64,000 bases of DNA from Nitrospirota bacterium (GTDB taxonomy: Bacteria; Nitrospirota; Nitrospiria; Nitrospirales; Nitrospiraceae): assembly GCA_963701855.1 (NCBI GenBank), contig CAVPBK010000006.1, positions 928,001-992,000 on the forward strand, given 5' to 3'. This document shows, in pieces, positions 18,431 through 29,499 of this stretch. The notes beneath the pieces are model-generated. The model worked only from the letters and a program-made list of their open reading frames with translations. It was not told the origin of the DNA and searched no databases. How positions within the stretch are numbered: the first letter of the stretch is position 1; the number at the start of each line of letters is the position of its first letter. A program made the position numbers and the translations under genes.

Positions 18431-19986
18431 CGCGATGGGCCTTGAGTCATCTGTTGTTCTCCGCTGCCCACCAGCAGTGGTGCGGTCCCTCCTGCAGAGG
18501 GGTGGGCAGTCGGCGCCACCTTCGCGCGGGACATCGAGGCAATTGTGTTGGTCACGCTCTGGTGCATTCGACTCACGAACGGATTGGGAAAGAGCCCGAT
18601 CCAAAATATCAACAGAGCCAGCGGCACCAGCATGGCGAGTTCCCGTTGGTTAAGATCCTTGAGTTTCGGGAGATGGTGCTGGGATGGAACCCCGAAGACC
18701 ACTCGTTGGATCATCCACAGGAGATACGCGGCGGCGAGAATGACGCCCAGCGACGCAAAGGCGGTCGCGACCTTGCTCCAGAGAAACGTGCCGACGAGCA
18801 CGAGAAATTCTCCGACAAAACTATTGGTGCCAGGGAGACCGAGCGAAGACAAGGCAAAAATCACCAACAGGACCGCATACTGCGGCATCGGCGCGGCCAA
18901 TCCGGTATTGTCGGCGATCAACCGGCTATGGGTGCGCTCATAGATGATGCCGACGCAGAGGAACAGCCCGCCGGTCGTAATTCCATGGTTGACCATTTGA
19001 AGAACGGCTCCTTCGATGCCCTGTTGGTTCAAGACAAACAGGCCAAGGGTCACGAACCCCATGTGGCTCACACTTGAATAGGCAATCAGTTTCTTGAGAT
19101 CGACTTGGGCCAGCGCCATATAGGCGCCGTAAATGATCGCAATGATGGAGAGCGCAACCATCATGGGAGTAAAGATGCGGCTGGCGTCCGGCAACATCGG
19201 TAAACTGAATCGCAGGAATCCATAGGTGCCCATTTTCAGGAGAATGCTGGCGAGGATGACGCTGCCGGCGGTCGGGGCCTCGACGTGGGCATCCGGGAGC
19301 CACGTGTGAAACGGAAACATGGGAACCTTCACCGCGAAGGCGGCGAAGAATGCCAGGAAGAGCCATGTTTGCAACGACGCAGGGTAGGTGCCCTGGCTTA
19401 AGGCGAGGATGTCGAACGTGTGCCCTCCGTAAAAGTAAAGGACGAAAATGGCCACAAGCAGAAGTACGCTCCCTGCGAGGGTGTACAGAAAGAATTTGAT
19501 GGCCGCATAGAGCCGGTTGGGTCCTCCCCAGACGCCGATAAGGAGGTACATCGGAATCAGCATGGCCTCCCAAAACACATAGAACAGTATGAAATCCAAC
19601 GCAACAAATACCCCCACCATGGCCGTTTCCATCACCAGCAACACGGCCATGAAGCCCCGGATACTTGTGGTGATTGCATTCCAGGATGCCAAGACGCAGA
19701 GGGGCATGATCCCGACGGTCATCAGGACCAGCGGAAGGCTGATTCCGTCGAGACCCAGGCTGTAGTAAATGGGAGGGGCCGTGATCCAGGCGACATGTTC
19801 GGTGAACTGCATCTGACTGGCCTGTGGATCGAAAAGCCACCAGAGGGGAAGGGCCACAAACAGGTCGGCTAAGGTTGCGGCCAGCGCAATCCATCGAGCG
19901 GCCGACTCTGCCACAAAATACATCGCGACAGCACCCGCAAGGGGCAGCACGAGAAGCAGTGAGAGCCAGGGGAAGGAACTGGTCAT
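18427..19986 (-). CDS. nuoM: NADH-quinone oxidoreductase subunit M
   Basis: FYVFWEAMLIPMY, KVPMFPFHTWLPDAHVEAPT, DLKKLIAYSSVSHMG. Confidence 0.97.
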   Translation of the reverse strand: MTSSFPWLSLLLVLPLAGAVAMYFVAESAARWIALAATLADLFVALPLWWLFDPQASQMQFTEHVAWITAPPIYYSLGLDGISLPLVLMTVGIMPLCVLASWNAITTSIRGFMAVLLVMETAMVGVFVALDFILFYVFWEAMLIPMYLLIGVWGGPNRLYAAIKFFLYTLAGSVLLLVAIFVLYFYGGHTFDILALSQGTYPASLQTWLFLAFFAAFAVKVPMFPFHTWLPDAHVEAPTAGSVILASILLKMGTYGFLRFSLPMLPDASRIFTPMMVALSIIAIIYGAYMALAQVDLKKLIAYSSVSHMGFVTLGLFVLNQQGIEGAVLQMVNHGITTGGLFLCVGIIYERTHSRLIADNTGLAAPMPQYAVLLVIFALSSLGLPGTNSFVGEFLVLVGTFLWSKVATAFASLGVILAAAYLLWMIQRVVFGVPSQHHLPKLKDLNQRELAMLVPLALLIFWIGLFPNPFVSRMHQSVTNTIASMSRAKVAPTAHPSAGGTAPLLVGSGEQQMTQGPSR

Positions 19987-20075
19987 CGGTCAATAGTCAA
20001 CGGGCAATCGTCTTTGGCAAGAGAACGGCTGTTCGTGGTTCCCCTTGACCAGTGACCGTTGACCATTGACGCTCC

Positions 20076-21974
20076 TTATAAGAAGAAGAACATCGTAACA
20101 AGGACCACAGCCCCAAGCGCCATGCCGAGCGCATAATGTTGCGCCTGCCCGCTTTGCGTAAGCCTTAAGAGCCAGCCTCCCCAGGCGATCGCGCGGGCCA
20201 CGCCGTTCACTGCGCCGTCGACCACGTTCACATCCACCCGCTTCCACAGCTCGGTTGCAGCAAAAAATGTGGGGCGGACAATCGTTCGATCGTAGGCCTC
20301 GTCGACATACCATTTGTTCAGCGAGGCTCGATACAACGTCTGCCACTGTCGCGCAAACCGATCCGGCAGCGCCGGATTAATCACATAGACATAATAGGCG
20401 CCGGCGATCCCAAGCAATCCCATGCCCGTGGCCACGGCCATGATGCCGGCAGCGGCCCCTCCCTCGTGAACTGCGCCGCCTGCGCCTGTCTCAAACATCG
20501 GTCGAAGAAACTCCGGAATGCCCAGATAGCCTGTGACGATGCTGAGCAAGGCCAGGATCATCAGCGGTATGGTCATGGCTTTCGACGGTTCATGTACGTG
20601 GCCTGCGTGGTGAGGATCAACATGCGAGGGGCCCCAAAACGTAACAAAGACCAGCCGGAAACTATAGAACGCCGTCATCAACGCCGTCACAAGGCCGAGC
20701 ACCGTAAGGACTTGACCGAGGGGTCCGGACGACCAAGCCGAGATCAGCAGATCGTCCTTGCTGAAGAATCCAGACGTCAGAGGGAATCCCGCAAGCGCGA
20801 GCGAACCCACGACGAACGTCCAATAGGTGACCGGCAATTTGTCTTTCAACCCGCCCATGCGACGCATGTCCTGCTCGTGATGCAGGGCGATGATGACGGA
20901 TCCGCAACCGAGAAATAGGAGGGCTTTGAACGCGCCATGGGTCAAGAGATGGTACATGCCGGCGGCATAAGCGCCGAGACCGCAAGCCATGATCATGTAG
21001 CCAAGCTGGCTGACTGTCGAATAGGCCACGACTCGCTTGATGTCGGTCTGAGTCAAGGCGATGGTCGCCCCCACGACCATTGTGATCCCGCCGGTGATCG
21101 CCACGACTGTCATGGCGGTGGGAGACAGGTTGTAGAGCGGGGCCAATCGCGCGACCATGAATACGCCAGCTGTGACCATCGTCGCAGCATGAATGAGCGC
21201 CGAGATGGGAGTGGGACCTTCCATCGCATCCGGCAGCCAGACGTGGAGCGGCACTTGGGCCGATTTGCCGATTGCACCGGTGAACAATAAGACACAGATG
21301 AGCGTAAGCACCGAGACGTCCCAGGTTCCTCCGAACGGGCCGAGGACATTCATGACCTCCCCAACCGACTCGTGCGCACGGGGGAAAATTTCCTGATAGT
21401 CAAGTGATCCGAAGCTATACCAGACCAACAGGAGGCCGAGCATGAAGCCGAAATCACCGACACGGTTGACGAGGAAGGCCTTCGTGGCCGCGGCGCAGGC
21501 AGCCGGCCGATCATACCAGTGGCCGATGAGCAGATAGGAGCAGAGTCCGACTGCTTCCCAGAAGATGAAGAGTTGCAGCAGGTTGTCCGCCATGACTAGC
21601 ATCAGCATCGAGAAGGTAAAGAGAGCGATGTAGCTGAAGAAACGGGCATAGCCAGGATCTCCACGCATGTATCCGATAGTGTAGATGTGGACGAGCGAAC
21701 TCACGGTCGTGACGAGAAGCAGCATGACGACGGTGAGCCGATCGATAGAGAAACCGATGTGAATATCGAGCATGCCCGAGGTCAGCCAAGTGTAGAGGGG
21801 GAAGCTCGTCTGGTGGCCGCCTGCCACATCGAAGAAGACCAAGAGAGAGAGCAGCCACGACACGAGGACTGCCGGGACTGCGACGAGATGGGCGTTGCCC
21901 TTGATCCAATGGCCGAAAAGCCCGAGGATCAGGAACGAAACCAACGGAAGGAGTGGAATGAATTCGTAGGTCAT
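20076..21974 (-). CDS. nuoL: NADH-quinone oxidoreductase subunit L
   Basis: GKSAQVPLHVWLPDAMEGPTPISALIHAATMV. Confidence 0.97.
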   Translation of the reverse strand: MTYEFIPLLPLVSFLILGLFGHWIKGNAHLVAVPAVLVSWLLSLLVFFDVAGGHQTSFPLYTWLTSGMLDIHIGFSIDRLTVVMLLLVTTVSSLVHIYTIGYMRGDPGYARFFSYIALFTFSMLMLVMADNLLQLFIFWEAVGLCSYLLIGHWYDRPAACAAATKAFLVNRVGDFGFMLGLLLVWYSFGSLDYQEIFPRAHESVGEVMNVLGPFGGTWDVSVLTLICVLLFTGAIGKSAQVPLHVWLPDAMEGPTPISALIHAATMVTAGVFMVARLAPLYNLSPTAMTVVAITGGITMVVGATIALTQTDIKRVVAYSTVSQLGYMIMACGLGAYAAGMYHLLTHGAFKALLFLGCGSVIIALHHEQDMRRMGGLKDKLPVTYWTFVVGSLALAGFPLTSGFFSKDDLLISAWSSGPLGQVLTVLGLVTALMTAFYSFRLVFVTFWGPSHVDPHHAGHVHEPSKAMTIPLMILALLSIVTGYLGIPEFLRPMFETGAGGAVHEGGAAAGIMAVATGMGLLGIAGAYYVYVINPALPDRFARQWQTLYRASLNKWYVDEAYDRTIVRPTFFAATELWKRVDVNVVDGAVNGVARAIAWGGWLLRLTQSGQAQHYALGMALGAVVLVTMFFFL

Positions 21975-22071
21975 AGGCGGTCAATGGTCAATGGGTTACG
22001 GAGGAAAAGTGGGCTGGAGCCATACTCTCTCACCGATGACTGTTGACTCATGACCGTTGATATCCTCTCCT

Positions 22072-22377
22072 CTACCATTTCAGCAATTGGAATTCATCGA
22101 TGTTGATCGCAGACTTGGCGCGATACAAGGCAATGATGATGGCCAACCCGACCGCAACCTCTGCTGCGGCAACCGTGAGGGCAAAGAAGACGAAAACTTG
22201 CCCTGCGACATCGTGAAAGTACTGCGAGAAGGCGACGAAGTTGATATTCGTCGCGTTCAACATTAATTCGACCGACAGCAAGATGATGATGATGTTCCGG
22301 CGAAGGAGTACACCGACGACTCCGGTCAGGAATACGATGCCGCTCAGCACGAGATAGTAGGACAGGGGAATGGTCAT
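22072..22377 (-). CDS. nuoK: NADH-quinone oxidoreductase subunit K
   Basis: [17 protein letters not shown] and [11 protein letters not shown]. Confidence 0.97.
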   Translation of the reverse strand: MTIPLSYYLVLSGIVFLTGVVGVLLRRNIIIILLSVELMLNATNINFVAFSQYFHDVAGQVFVFFALTVAAAEVAVGLAIIIALYRAKSAINIDEFQLLKW

Positions 22378-22383
22378 TACCGC

Positions 22384-22902
22384 TCACACCTCATGTTCGC
22401 CGATGTCTTTCTTGGCGAGAACGATCGCGCCGATCATCGCCACGAGTAGAATCAAGGACGCTACTTCGAAGGGAAACAAATAGGTGGAGTAGAGTACGTC
22501 ACCGATCGCCCCGGTATTACTGATTCCTCCGACGGTGGTCTCTGTGCCGGTCGCCACAACAGGGGCTGTCCAGCCCTTCATCACCGTAAGGATGACGGCT
22601 TCGATAGCCAGCGTCACCCCCACCGCTGCCGCCGTGGGCCATTGCCGATGGTACCGGTCATCCTGTCTCAGATTCAGCAACATCACAACGAAGAGGTACA
22701 GGACCAAGATGGCGCCGGCATAGACGATGATCTGGACGGCTGCAAGGAATTCTGCGTGGAGCGTGACGTAGAGTCCCGCCACGTGAAAAAACATGACCAG
22801 CAGCGCCAATGCGCTGTAAATGGGTTTGAGCACCGCGACAACGAGCACCGCTGTAGCAGCGATCACGAATGCAAAATAGAAAAAGAACACCTGTTCCATC
22901 AC
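22384..22902 (-). CDS. nuoJ: NADH-quinone oxidoreductase subunit J
   Basis: AEFLAAVQIIVYAGAILVLYLFVVMLL and PFEVASLILLVAMIGA. Confidence 0.96.
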   Translation of the reverse strand: MMEQVFFFYFAFVIAATAVLVVAVLKPIYSALALLVMFFHVAGLYVTLHAEFLAAVQIIVYAGAILVLYLFVVMLLNLRQDDRYHRQWPTAAAVGVTLAIEAVILTVMKGWTAPVVATGTETTVGGISNTGAIGDVLYSTYLFPFEVASLILLVAMIGAIVLAKKDIGEHEV

Positions 22903-23011
22903 ACGTTTTCCTCTATCGCCTCATTACGAACGGCAAGGTCGGACAGGTTCCTACCAGAATGCCGCACAGTCTGCCGGCCCAACAGACCGTCGCATGTGGA
23001 ACACGGGCGAT

Positions 23012-23551
23012 TCAGCTGGGTTTTTGCGGAAGGTGCTTGAACGCAACGTTGAAGAACGCCACATTCGGGTGTTGGAGCTCCAACTGCTTCTCGCGAACAG
23101 GGAACGACCGGTCGCCGATGGCGAGCAATTGTTCCTTGTTGAGATTCAGTTGCCGCTTGTCGTACACCGACCACTCGAATTCGCGCGTCATGCCGAGGGC
23201 ATCCACCGGACAGGCATCGACACACAACCCGCAAAACAGACAGCGGGTCATGTCCATGTAATACTCTTTCGCGTAGCGCTTCGTCGGCTCGTCCGGCACT
23301 TCCGCGCTGACCACGCGAATCACCCGCGAGGGGCAGGCGGCTTCGCACAGATCGCAGCCGACACACTTTTCCGTCCCGTCGTCGTACCGCAATAAGGACA
23401 GCATTCCGCGATAGTTGTCCGGCAGCGTCCGTTTTTCATGCGGGTACTGCATGGTCACCGGCTTGTAGTGCAACATGTGCGACATCGTCACCTTCATCCC
23501 AACAAGGATGTCGTAGAAAGTGATCGTCTTGATCCAAGCGTTGAAAGTCAT
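23012..23551 (-). CDS. nuoI: NADH-quinone oxidoreductase subunit I
   Basis: Two CxxCxxCxxxCP ferredoxin motifs and TMQYP. Confidence 0.97.
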   Translation of the reverse strand: MTFNAWIKTITFYDILVGMKVTMSHMLHYKPVTMQYPHEKRTLPDNYRGMLSLLRYDDGTEKCVGCDLCEAACPSRVIRVVSAEVPDEPTKRYAKEYYMDMTRCLFCGLCVDACPVDALGMTREFEWSVYDKRQLNLNKEQLLAIGDRSFPVREKQLELQHPNVAFFNVAFKHLPQKPS

Positions 23552-23648
23552 GTCGGTCTGGTCTGTTTGGTTTATTTGGTTGTTTTGGCCTGTCTAGTTG
23601 ATTTCGACATCTGTGCCTTTTACCGAAGAAACGAACCAATAACCCGTT

Positions 23649-24773
23649 TCAGCTTCTCGGAAAGAAATACAGTGTGATGGACGTAATGATGATATTGGCC
23701 AGCGCGATCGGCAACATGACCTTCCAGCCGAACCGCATCAATTGATCATAACGCAGTCTGGGCAACGTCGCGCGGATCCAGATAAACAGGAAGAGGAAAA
23801 AATAGACCTTCGCCGCAAACCAGGTGATGTGTTCCACCCAGGCCAGCTGTTCGAGTCCGACATACTCGAAAATCGTGCCAGGATAGGGGGCGTTCCAGCC
23901 TCCCAAGAACAGCGCGGCGGCAACGCAAGACACAAGAGTCATGTTGGCGTATTCCGCGCTGACAAAAAAGGCGAACCGCATGCCGCTATATTCCGTAAAG
24001 AATCCGGCCACGAGTTCGCTTTCAGCCTCCGGCAGATCGAATGGGATACGATTGGTCTCAGCCACGGCGGAAATGATGAAGACGACAAAGGCGAAGATTT
24101 GGGTATGAATAGGAAAGAATCCGTCGGGGCGGCCTCCCCAGATGAACCAATGCCAGAAGCCGCCTGCTTGGGCTTCCGTAATCTCCACAAGGCTCAGGGT
24201 TCCTGCCAAAAGCAGCACGCCGACGATGGCCAGCCCGACGTTCAACTCGTAGCTGATGACTTGAGCCGCTGCGCGCAGGCCTCCCAGTAGTGAGTACTTG
24301 CTGTTGGATGCCCAGCCTCCCAGGATAATGCCGTAGGCGCCGATCGAGGCAATCGCCAGAACGTACAAGATCCCGATATTGATGTCGGCGACGACGAAAG
24401 GTTTGATCGTCATCCCATAGATGTCCATGGTCAGGTTCGGGCCGAAAGGGATGACGGCAAACCCGATCATGGAGACAACCATGGTCAACATCGGCGCCAA
24501 GGCGAACATCGCCTTGTTCGCGCCGGCCGGTACAATGTCCTCCTTGAAGAACAGTTTAATGCCGTCGGCGACCGGTTGAAGGAGTCCATAGGGGCCGACT
24601 TCCATCGGGCCCATGCGATCCTGCATCCAGCCGAGCACCTTCCGCTCAAAATAGGTCATGGTCGCGACCGTGACCATCACGATGCTCATCTCCGCCATTA
24701 TCTGGGCGAACGAAATTGCAAGTCTCAAGGTTAGCTCGGTCACGACAACACTCCCGGATAACAAATGAAACAC
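23649..24773 (-). CDS. nuoH: NADH-quinone oxidoreductase subunit H
   Basis: ERKVLGWMQDRMGP, GLLQPVADGIKL, AETNRIPFDLPEAESELVAG. True start may be a downstream GTG. Confidence 0.96.
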   Translation of the reverse strand: MFHLLSGSVVVTELTLRLAISFAQIMAEMSIVMVTVATMTYFERKVLGWMQDRMGPMEVGPYGLLQPVADGIKLFFKEDIVPAGANKAMFALAPMLTMVVSMIGFAVIPFGPNLTMDIYGMTIKPFVVADINIGILYVLAIASIGAYGIILGGWASNSKYSLLGGLRAAAQVISYELNVGLAIVGVLLLAGTLSLVEITEAQAGGFWHWFIWGGRPDGFFPIHTQIFAFVVFIISAVAETNRIPFDLPEAESELVAGFFTEYSGMRFAFFVSAEYANMTLVSCVAAALFLGGWNAPYPGTIFEYVGLEQLAWVEHITWFAAKVYFFLFLFIWIRATLPRLRYDQLMRFGWKVMLPIALANIIITSITLYFFPRS

Positions 24774-24792
24774 ACCATTGGTTCTCGTCCAC

Positions 24793-27459
24793 TCACGTCG
24801 TTTTCATCACCGACACGGATGCCGTCCGGTAGGATGGGACCTTCGTGTACGGATCGATGACACAGTCAAAGAGTTGCAGGGCCTCCTGCGCGAAATGATC
24901 GGGAAGCCAAGCCAAGCCCTCGGGCACGCGATCAAACACTTTCGCCGTGGTCGTAAACTCGGCTCGGCTGTTCGAGAGACGGACTCGATCCCCCGTACTG
25001 AGGCCGTATCGGGCTGCATCCAGAGGATTCATCTGCACCGACCCGCTCGGTTCGATCTGCAACAGTCCCTTCGAATAGGTCGACAGCTTCCCTGAGTGGA
25101 ACAAGCTCTGAACCAGCCCCAGCTCAACCGTTCTCTCCTGACGCATAGCTCGCGCGGGCAGAGTATACCGATTTGCAAGGTCCCGGCGATATCCCTCGTT
25201 CACGTATCGGTCGATGGCTGCAGGGTCCACTGCGGGAGGGATCGGCGTGGGGCCGAGCGATCCGTAACCGGGAATCACCTCTCGGATCTCTTTGAGGATC
25301 TCCTTGGCATCGCCGTATTCCAACGGTGCGCCGATGAAGACCGAGAAGGCCGACAAGATTTCCCAGTCGGGGCGGCTGTCCCCCACCGGATCTATCGCGG
25401 GCCGAACGGCCTGGACATGGCCCTCGGTATTGGTGAACGTTCCGGCTTTTTCTATGGCGGAGGCGGCTGGGAGCACCACATGGGCGAGCGCGGCCGTTTC
25501 CGTGAGAAACAGTTCCTGGCACACAAGAAGATCGAGTTTGCTCAGCGCCTCTTTGACTCCGGTCTGGGGCGGAAGACTCCCGACAGGATTTTCTCCGACG
25601 ACGAAGAGGCCCTTGATGATCCCGGCTTGCGCACGGTCGATCATTTCGATGAGTGTGGCTCCCTCCGCCAACGGAAGATCCTCTTTCCAGGAACGAGCGA
25701 TCTGCGCGCGCACGTTCTGATCGGTGAGGTCGAGCGCGCCCGGCAGCAGTGCCGCGACCGCTCCCATTTCCACCGCCCCTTGGTCGTTATTCTCTTCCGC
25801 CAAGGGAGCAAAGCCGCAACCCCGTGCGGTCAACCTTCCGGTCAAGATGAGTAGATCCAGGAGATTGAGACAGATACCGTAGCCGCCTTGGCTGCGCAAC
25901 AGAGTCTGGCCGGCAAGCACGACAACACGACGTCCTCTGCCCAGGGAAGCGGCCATCTGGACGAACGATTCGCGCAACACACCGGTACTCAGGGCCAGAT
26001 CGTCCCAGGTCAGTCGCTGGACTGCTTGGGAGACAGCCGAGACATAATCCGGCATCCGTTGCCGAATTGTACTGTCGACATGGTTGTCCTCAACTATTGC
26101 CTTCAGCAGGCCCAGGACCGCAGCGCCGAACTGAGACGGCGCCACACAGATATGTTGCTGCGACAGGTTGGAAATGTTGCTGATCGTGCCGATTGCAGGC
26201 TGGATCGCCTCAATCGTCAACAATGTCGATTCATTTTTCTTGACGGCTTCTTTCACTTTAAGTCCGGTAATCGGATTGGCCTCTGTGATATTAGTGCCGA
26301 CCAGGAGGAGCACGTCCGCTTGCACAATGTCCTCGAACGTCACGGTCCAGCGATGCGTGCCCTGCACGGATCGCATGGCCTGTACCCCGTTGATATGGCC
26401 ATACCGCGCACTGCTGTCGAGATTATTGGTCCCGATCGTGAGGCGCATGAACTTCTGGAACAGATAGAGCTCTTCGTTGGTACAGCGGCCAGAGATCAGT
26501 CCGCCGAAAGCCTGCGGGCCATGCGCTAACTTGAGCCGGTTGGTCTGTTCGGCTACAAACACCAATGCCTCTTCCCATGTGGCTTCCACCAGCACGCCGT
26601 TCCGCCTGATCAGCGGATGGGTCACTCGGCTTGGATGGCTCGCCGCGCGAAATCCAAAAAACCCTCGCGCGCAGAGATCTCCGCTGTTCCGACCGGCGCC
26701 CTGGGCACTGTTCACCTCGATCAACTCCTGGTCCTTGGTTTGGACCGTGATCTGGCAGCCGTCCCCGCAAAACATGCAGACTGTATCGGCTCGTTTAAGC
26801 ATCCAGGGGCGGTATTCGTACATTGAGAGGCGGCTGGTGATAGCGCCAACCGGGCAAATCTGCACGCAACCGCCGCAGAATTCACAATCCAGGGGATGGG
26901 CGCCGAAGGACTTGATCTCGGTCATTGTGCCTCGTCCGATTGGAGCGAGAGCCTTGACGTCCATGACCTCGTCGCAGTAGCGGACACAGCGCAAACATTG
27001 CACGCAACGGTTCATCTGCGTTTCGATCAGAGGACTGAAATATTCCTTCTGGAAAATGCGCTTGGTTTCCTCAAACCGGCTGGTCGCGGTGTATTGATGC
27101 GAAAAATCCTGGAGGTCGCACTTCCCTCCCTGATCGCAAACCGGACAGTCCAACGGATGGTTAGCCAGGATGAATTCGAGCACCGACTTGTGGGCGTTGT
27201 GAACGACCGTCGTGGCGGTCCGAACAGCCATGCCTTCAGTCGCCACGGTGCTGCAAGAGGTCTGGAGTTTCGGCATCCTTTCAACTTCAACCAAGCACAT
27301 ACGGCAGTTCGCATCCGGCTTGAGTTTCGGATGGTAGCAGAAGTGCGGAACCATCACGCCGACCATGCGAGCGGCTTCGATCACCAGGGTGCCCTTCGGC
27401 ACCGAGACGGAAATACCGTCGATCGTCAAACGAACAGTCTCTGTGGTGACATTACGCAT
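24793..27459 (-). CDS. nuoG: NADH-quinone oxidoreductase subunit G
   Basis: PHFCYH, ANCRMCLVE, NHPLDCPVCDQGGKCDLQ, extra Fe-S motifs, molybdopterin-oxidoreductase-like C-terminus. Confidence 0.95.
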   Translation of the reverse strand: MRNVTTETVRLTIDGISVSVPKGTLVIEAARMVGVMVPHFCYHPKLKPDANCRMCLVEVERMPKLQTSCSTVATEGMAVRTATTVVHNAHKSVLEFILANHPLDCPVCDQGGKCDLQDFSHQYTATSRFEETKRIFQKEYFSPLIETQMNRCVQCLRCVRYCDEVMDVKALAPIGRGTMTEIKSFGAHPLDCEFCGGCVQICPVGAITSRLSMYEYRPWMLKRADTVCMFCGDGCQITVQTKDQELIEVNSAQGAGRNSGDLCARGFFGFRAASHPSRVTHPLIRRNGVLVEATWEEALVFVAEQTNRLKLAHGPQAFGGLISGRCTNEELYLFQKFMRLTIGTNNLDSSARYGHINGVQAMRSVQGTHRWTVTFEDIVQADVLLLVGTNITEANPITGLKVKEAVKKNESTLLTIEAIQPAIGTISNISNLSQQHICVAPSQFGAAVLGLLKAIVEDNHVDSTIRQRMPDYVSAVSQAVQRLTWDDLALSTGVLRESFVQMAASLGRGRRVVVLAGQTLLRSQGGYGICLNLLDLLILTGRLTARGCGFAPLAEENNDQGAVEMGAVAALLPGALDLTDQNVRAQIARSWKEDLPLAEGATLIEMIDRAQAGIIKGLFVVGENPVGSLPPQTGVKEALSKLDLLVCQELFLTETAALAHVVLPAASAIEKAGTFTNTEGHVQAVRPAIDPVGDSRPDWEILSAFSVFIGAPLEYGDAKEILKEIREVIPGYGSLGPTPIPPAVDPAAIDRYVNEGYRRDLANRYTLPARAMRQERTVELGLVQSLFHSGKLSTYSKGLLQIEPSGSVQMNPLDAARYGLSTGDRVRLSNSRAEFTTTAKVFDRVPEGLAWLPDHFAQEALQLFDCVIDPYTKVPSYRTASVSVMKTT

Positions 27460-27471
27460 GGTTCTGTCGAC

Positions 27472-28776
27472 TCAATGTCTTACTGCCGGCTCCAGCTTGA
27501 TCAGGTTCGTTGCCTCCGCTTCCTGAATCAGCGTGACGTATTCAGACCGCCAATGTTTGAGCGTGCTCATAATCGGTGCCACTGATGCATCGCCGAACGC
27601 GCAGACCGTTCGGCCCTCAATGTTCTTGCATAGATCGACCAAGGTTTCAAGATCCTCCATCCGCCCCCGCTTCGCGATGATTCGGCGCATGGTTTGTACC
27701 AGCCAGGAGCTTCCCTCGCGGCAGGGACTGCACTTGCCGCAGGACTCATGATAGAAAAACTCCATGAGACGAAGTGCAGCCCATACCATGTCCGTGCCCT
27801 CTTCCATCACCGTCACCCCGCCGGAGCCGAGCATGGAGCCGGCTGCGGCAACAGATTCAAAATCGAGCTTGACCTCAAGGTGGTTCGGCGTGAGGAGTGG
27901 CGCTGACGCTCCCCCTGGGATAAAAGCCTTGAGCGGTTTGTCGGAGCGCATGCCTCCGGCTTGCTCGTAGATCAATTCGCGGAAGGTGACCCCCATCGGC
28001 ACTTCGTAGTTCCCTGGGCATTTCACATGGCCGCTGACGCAGAATACTCTGGTGCCGGTGCTCTTCGGGGGAGACCCGATCGATGCAAACCACTCAGGGC
28101 CCCGGCCGACGATGTATGGAAGGTTGGCCAGGGTCTCGACGTTGTTTACCACAGTCGGTTTGTTGTAGAGACCGTTGGTCGCCGGGAAGGGGGGCTTAAA
28201 GCGCGGCAAGCCGCGCTTGCCTTCGAGCGACTCCAGCAATGCCGTTTCTTCTCCGCAGATATAGGCTCCGGCGCCTCGATGTACCCACACATTGGCGGTG
28301 ATGCCTGCGCCCAGAATATTCGCGCCGATATAGCCGGCGGTCCGCGCTTCGGCAATCGCCTGTTCCAAGATCCTGGCTCCGAGGACGAACTCGCCCCGTA
28401 TATAAATGTAGGCGGTTTCTGCTCCTATCGCGTAACAAGCGAGCAGGATGCCTTCTAAGATCTGATGGGGATCTCGCTCAATGAGCTGGCGGTCCTTGAA
28501 CGTGCCTGGCTCGCTTTCATCAGCATTACAACAGAGGTACTTCGGGCCTATATAGTCCTTCGGGAGAAAATTCCACTTCAAGCCGGTCGGGAAGCCTGCG
28601 CCGCCACGCCCCCGGAGCCCTGATTTCATCACCATGCCGGTGACCCCGGCCGGCGGCACCTTCCCCACGACCTTGCGGAGCGCTTGATAGCCGCCTGCGC
28701 GCTCGTAATCTTGGAGCGAGCCGGTATAACCGGGCTGCATCATATTCTTGAGCAATATCAGTTCGTGCTTGGGCAT
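27472..28776 (-). CDS. nuoF: NADH-quinone oxidoreductase subunit F
   Basis: GLRGRGGAGFPTG, NADESEPGTFKDR, GAGAYICGEETAL, ESCGKCSPCREG. Confidence 0.98.
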   Translation of the reverse strand: MPKHELILLKNMMQPGYTGSLQDYERAGGYQALRKVVGKVPPAGVTGMVMKSGLRGRGGAGFPTGLKWNFLPKDYIGPKYLCCNADESEPGTFKDRQLIERDPHQILEGILLACYAIGAETAYIYIRGEFVLGARILEQAIAEARTAGYIGANILGAGITANVWVHRGAGAYICGEETALLESLEGKRGLPRFKPPFPATNGLYNKPTVVNNVETLANLPYIVGRGPEWFASIGSPPKSTGTRVFCVSGHVKCPGNYEVPMGVTFRELIYEQAGGMRSDKPLKAFIPGGASAPLLTPNHLEVKLDFESVAAAGSMLGSGGVTVMEEGTDMVWAALRLMEFFYHESCGKCSPCREGSSWLVQTMRRIIAKRGRMEDLETLVDLCKNIEGRTVCAFGDASVAPIMSTLKHWRSEYVTLIQEAEATNLIKLEPAVRH

Positions 28777-28855
28777 GGCGTTTAAGCTAAGAGCTTATAG
28801 CTGATAGTGAAAATGTCCTAACCTATTCGAGCCATAAGCCATTCGCCATATGCTC

Positions 28856-29386
28856 CTATTTCTTTGCTCCGTTGGGCTCGGGCCACATAAACGGTCCCGT
28901 CTTGAGCGAGCAGATCCCGTTTTGTTTGAGATCGGCCAGAATTCGGTCGAATGTTTGCTCTGTGAGCCGTTCATAATAGTCGTCATTGACCTGCATCACC
29001 GGCGCGGTGCCACAGGCGGCGAGGCATTCGACCACGTTGAGGGTAAAGAGTCCGTCGGTCGTTGTCTCGCCCGGTCCGATTCCAAGTTTTGTTTTGACCC
29101 ACCCGATGACCGTATCCGATCCTGCCAGCGCGCACATCAGGGACTTGCAGACTTGGAGATGAAATTTTCCCACGCGCTTGATATTGATCATCGTATAAAA
29201 CGTGGCCGTCTCATAGACTTGGGGCGGGGTCAGACGCAAGAGCCCCGCAATCTCCATCATTGCCGATTCGGACACGAAGCCTTCGTCCCGTTGCGCCAGG
29301 TAGAGCAATGGAATCAACGCCGAGCGCTTCACGGGATAGCGCGAGATAATCTCGTCAATTTCTTTCTGATACTTTTCTTTCAGCAT
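28856..29386 (-). CDS. nuoE: NADH-quinone oxidoreductase subunit E
   Basis: ATFYTM, VCKSLMC and VECLAACGTAP 2Fe-2S ligands. Confidence 0.96.
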   Translation of the reverse strand: MLKEKYQKEIDEIISRYPVKRSALIPLLYLAQRDEGFVSESAMMEIAGLLRLTPPQVYETATFYTMINIKRVGKFHLQVCKSLMCALAGSDTVIGWVKTKLGIGPGETTTDGLFTLNVVECLAACGTAPVMQVNDDYYERLTEQTFDRILADLKQNGICSLKTGPFMWPEPNGAKK

Positions 29387-29499
29387 CTGCTTTTCCTGTC
29401 CACCCGTTCACGGTGAGGGAACAGAGAGTGCCCTTTGCTGCGCGCGTCCAACGAGTGCCTTCCGAAGGCCGCGCGTTGCGCGAGCGCATTCTCCTTCCC

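Noticed and set aside
18938..19993. Long alternative-frame and antisense ORFs across nuo, secA and the receptor
   Set aside because: Shadow ORFs expected in GC-rich coding DNA, fully overlapping well-supported genes.
16943..21974. Double-NuoM (2M) complex I
   Set aside because: Only one nuoM lies between nuoL and nuoN.
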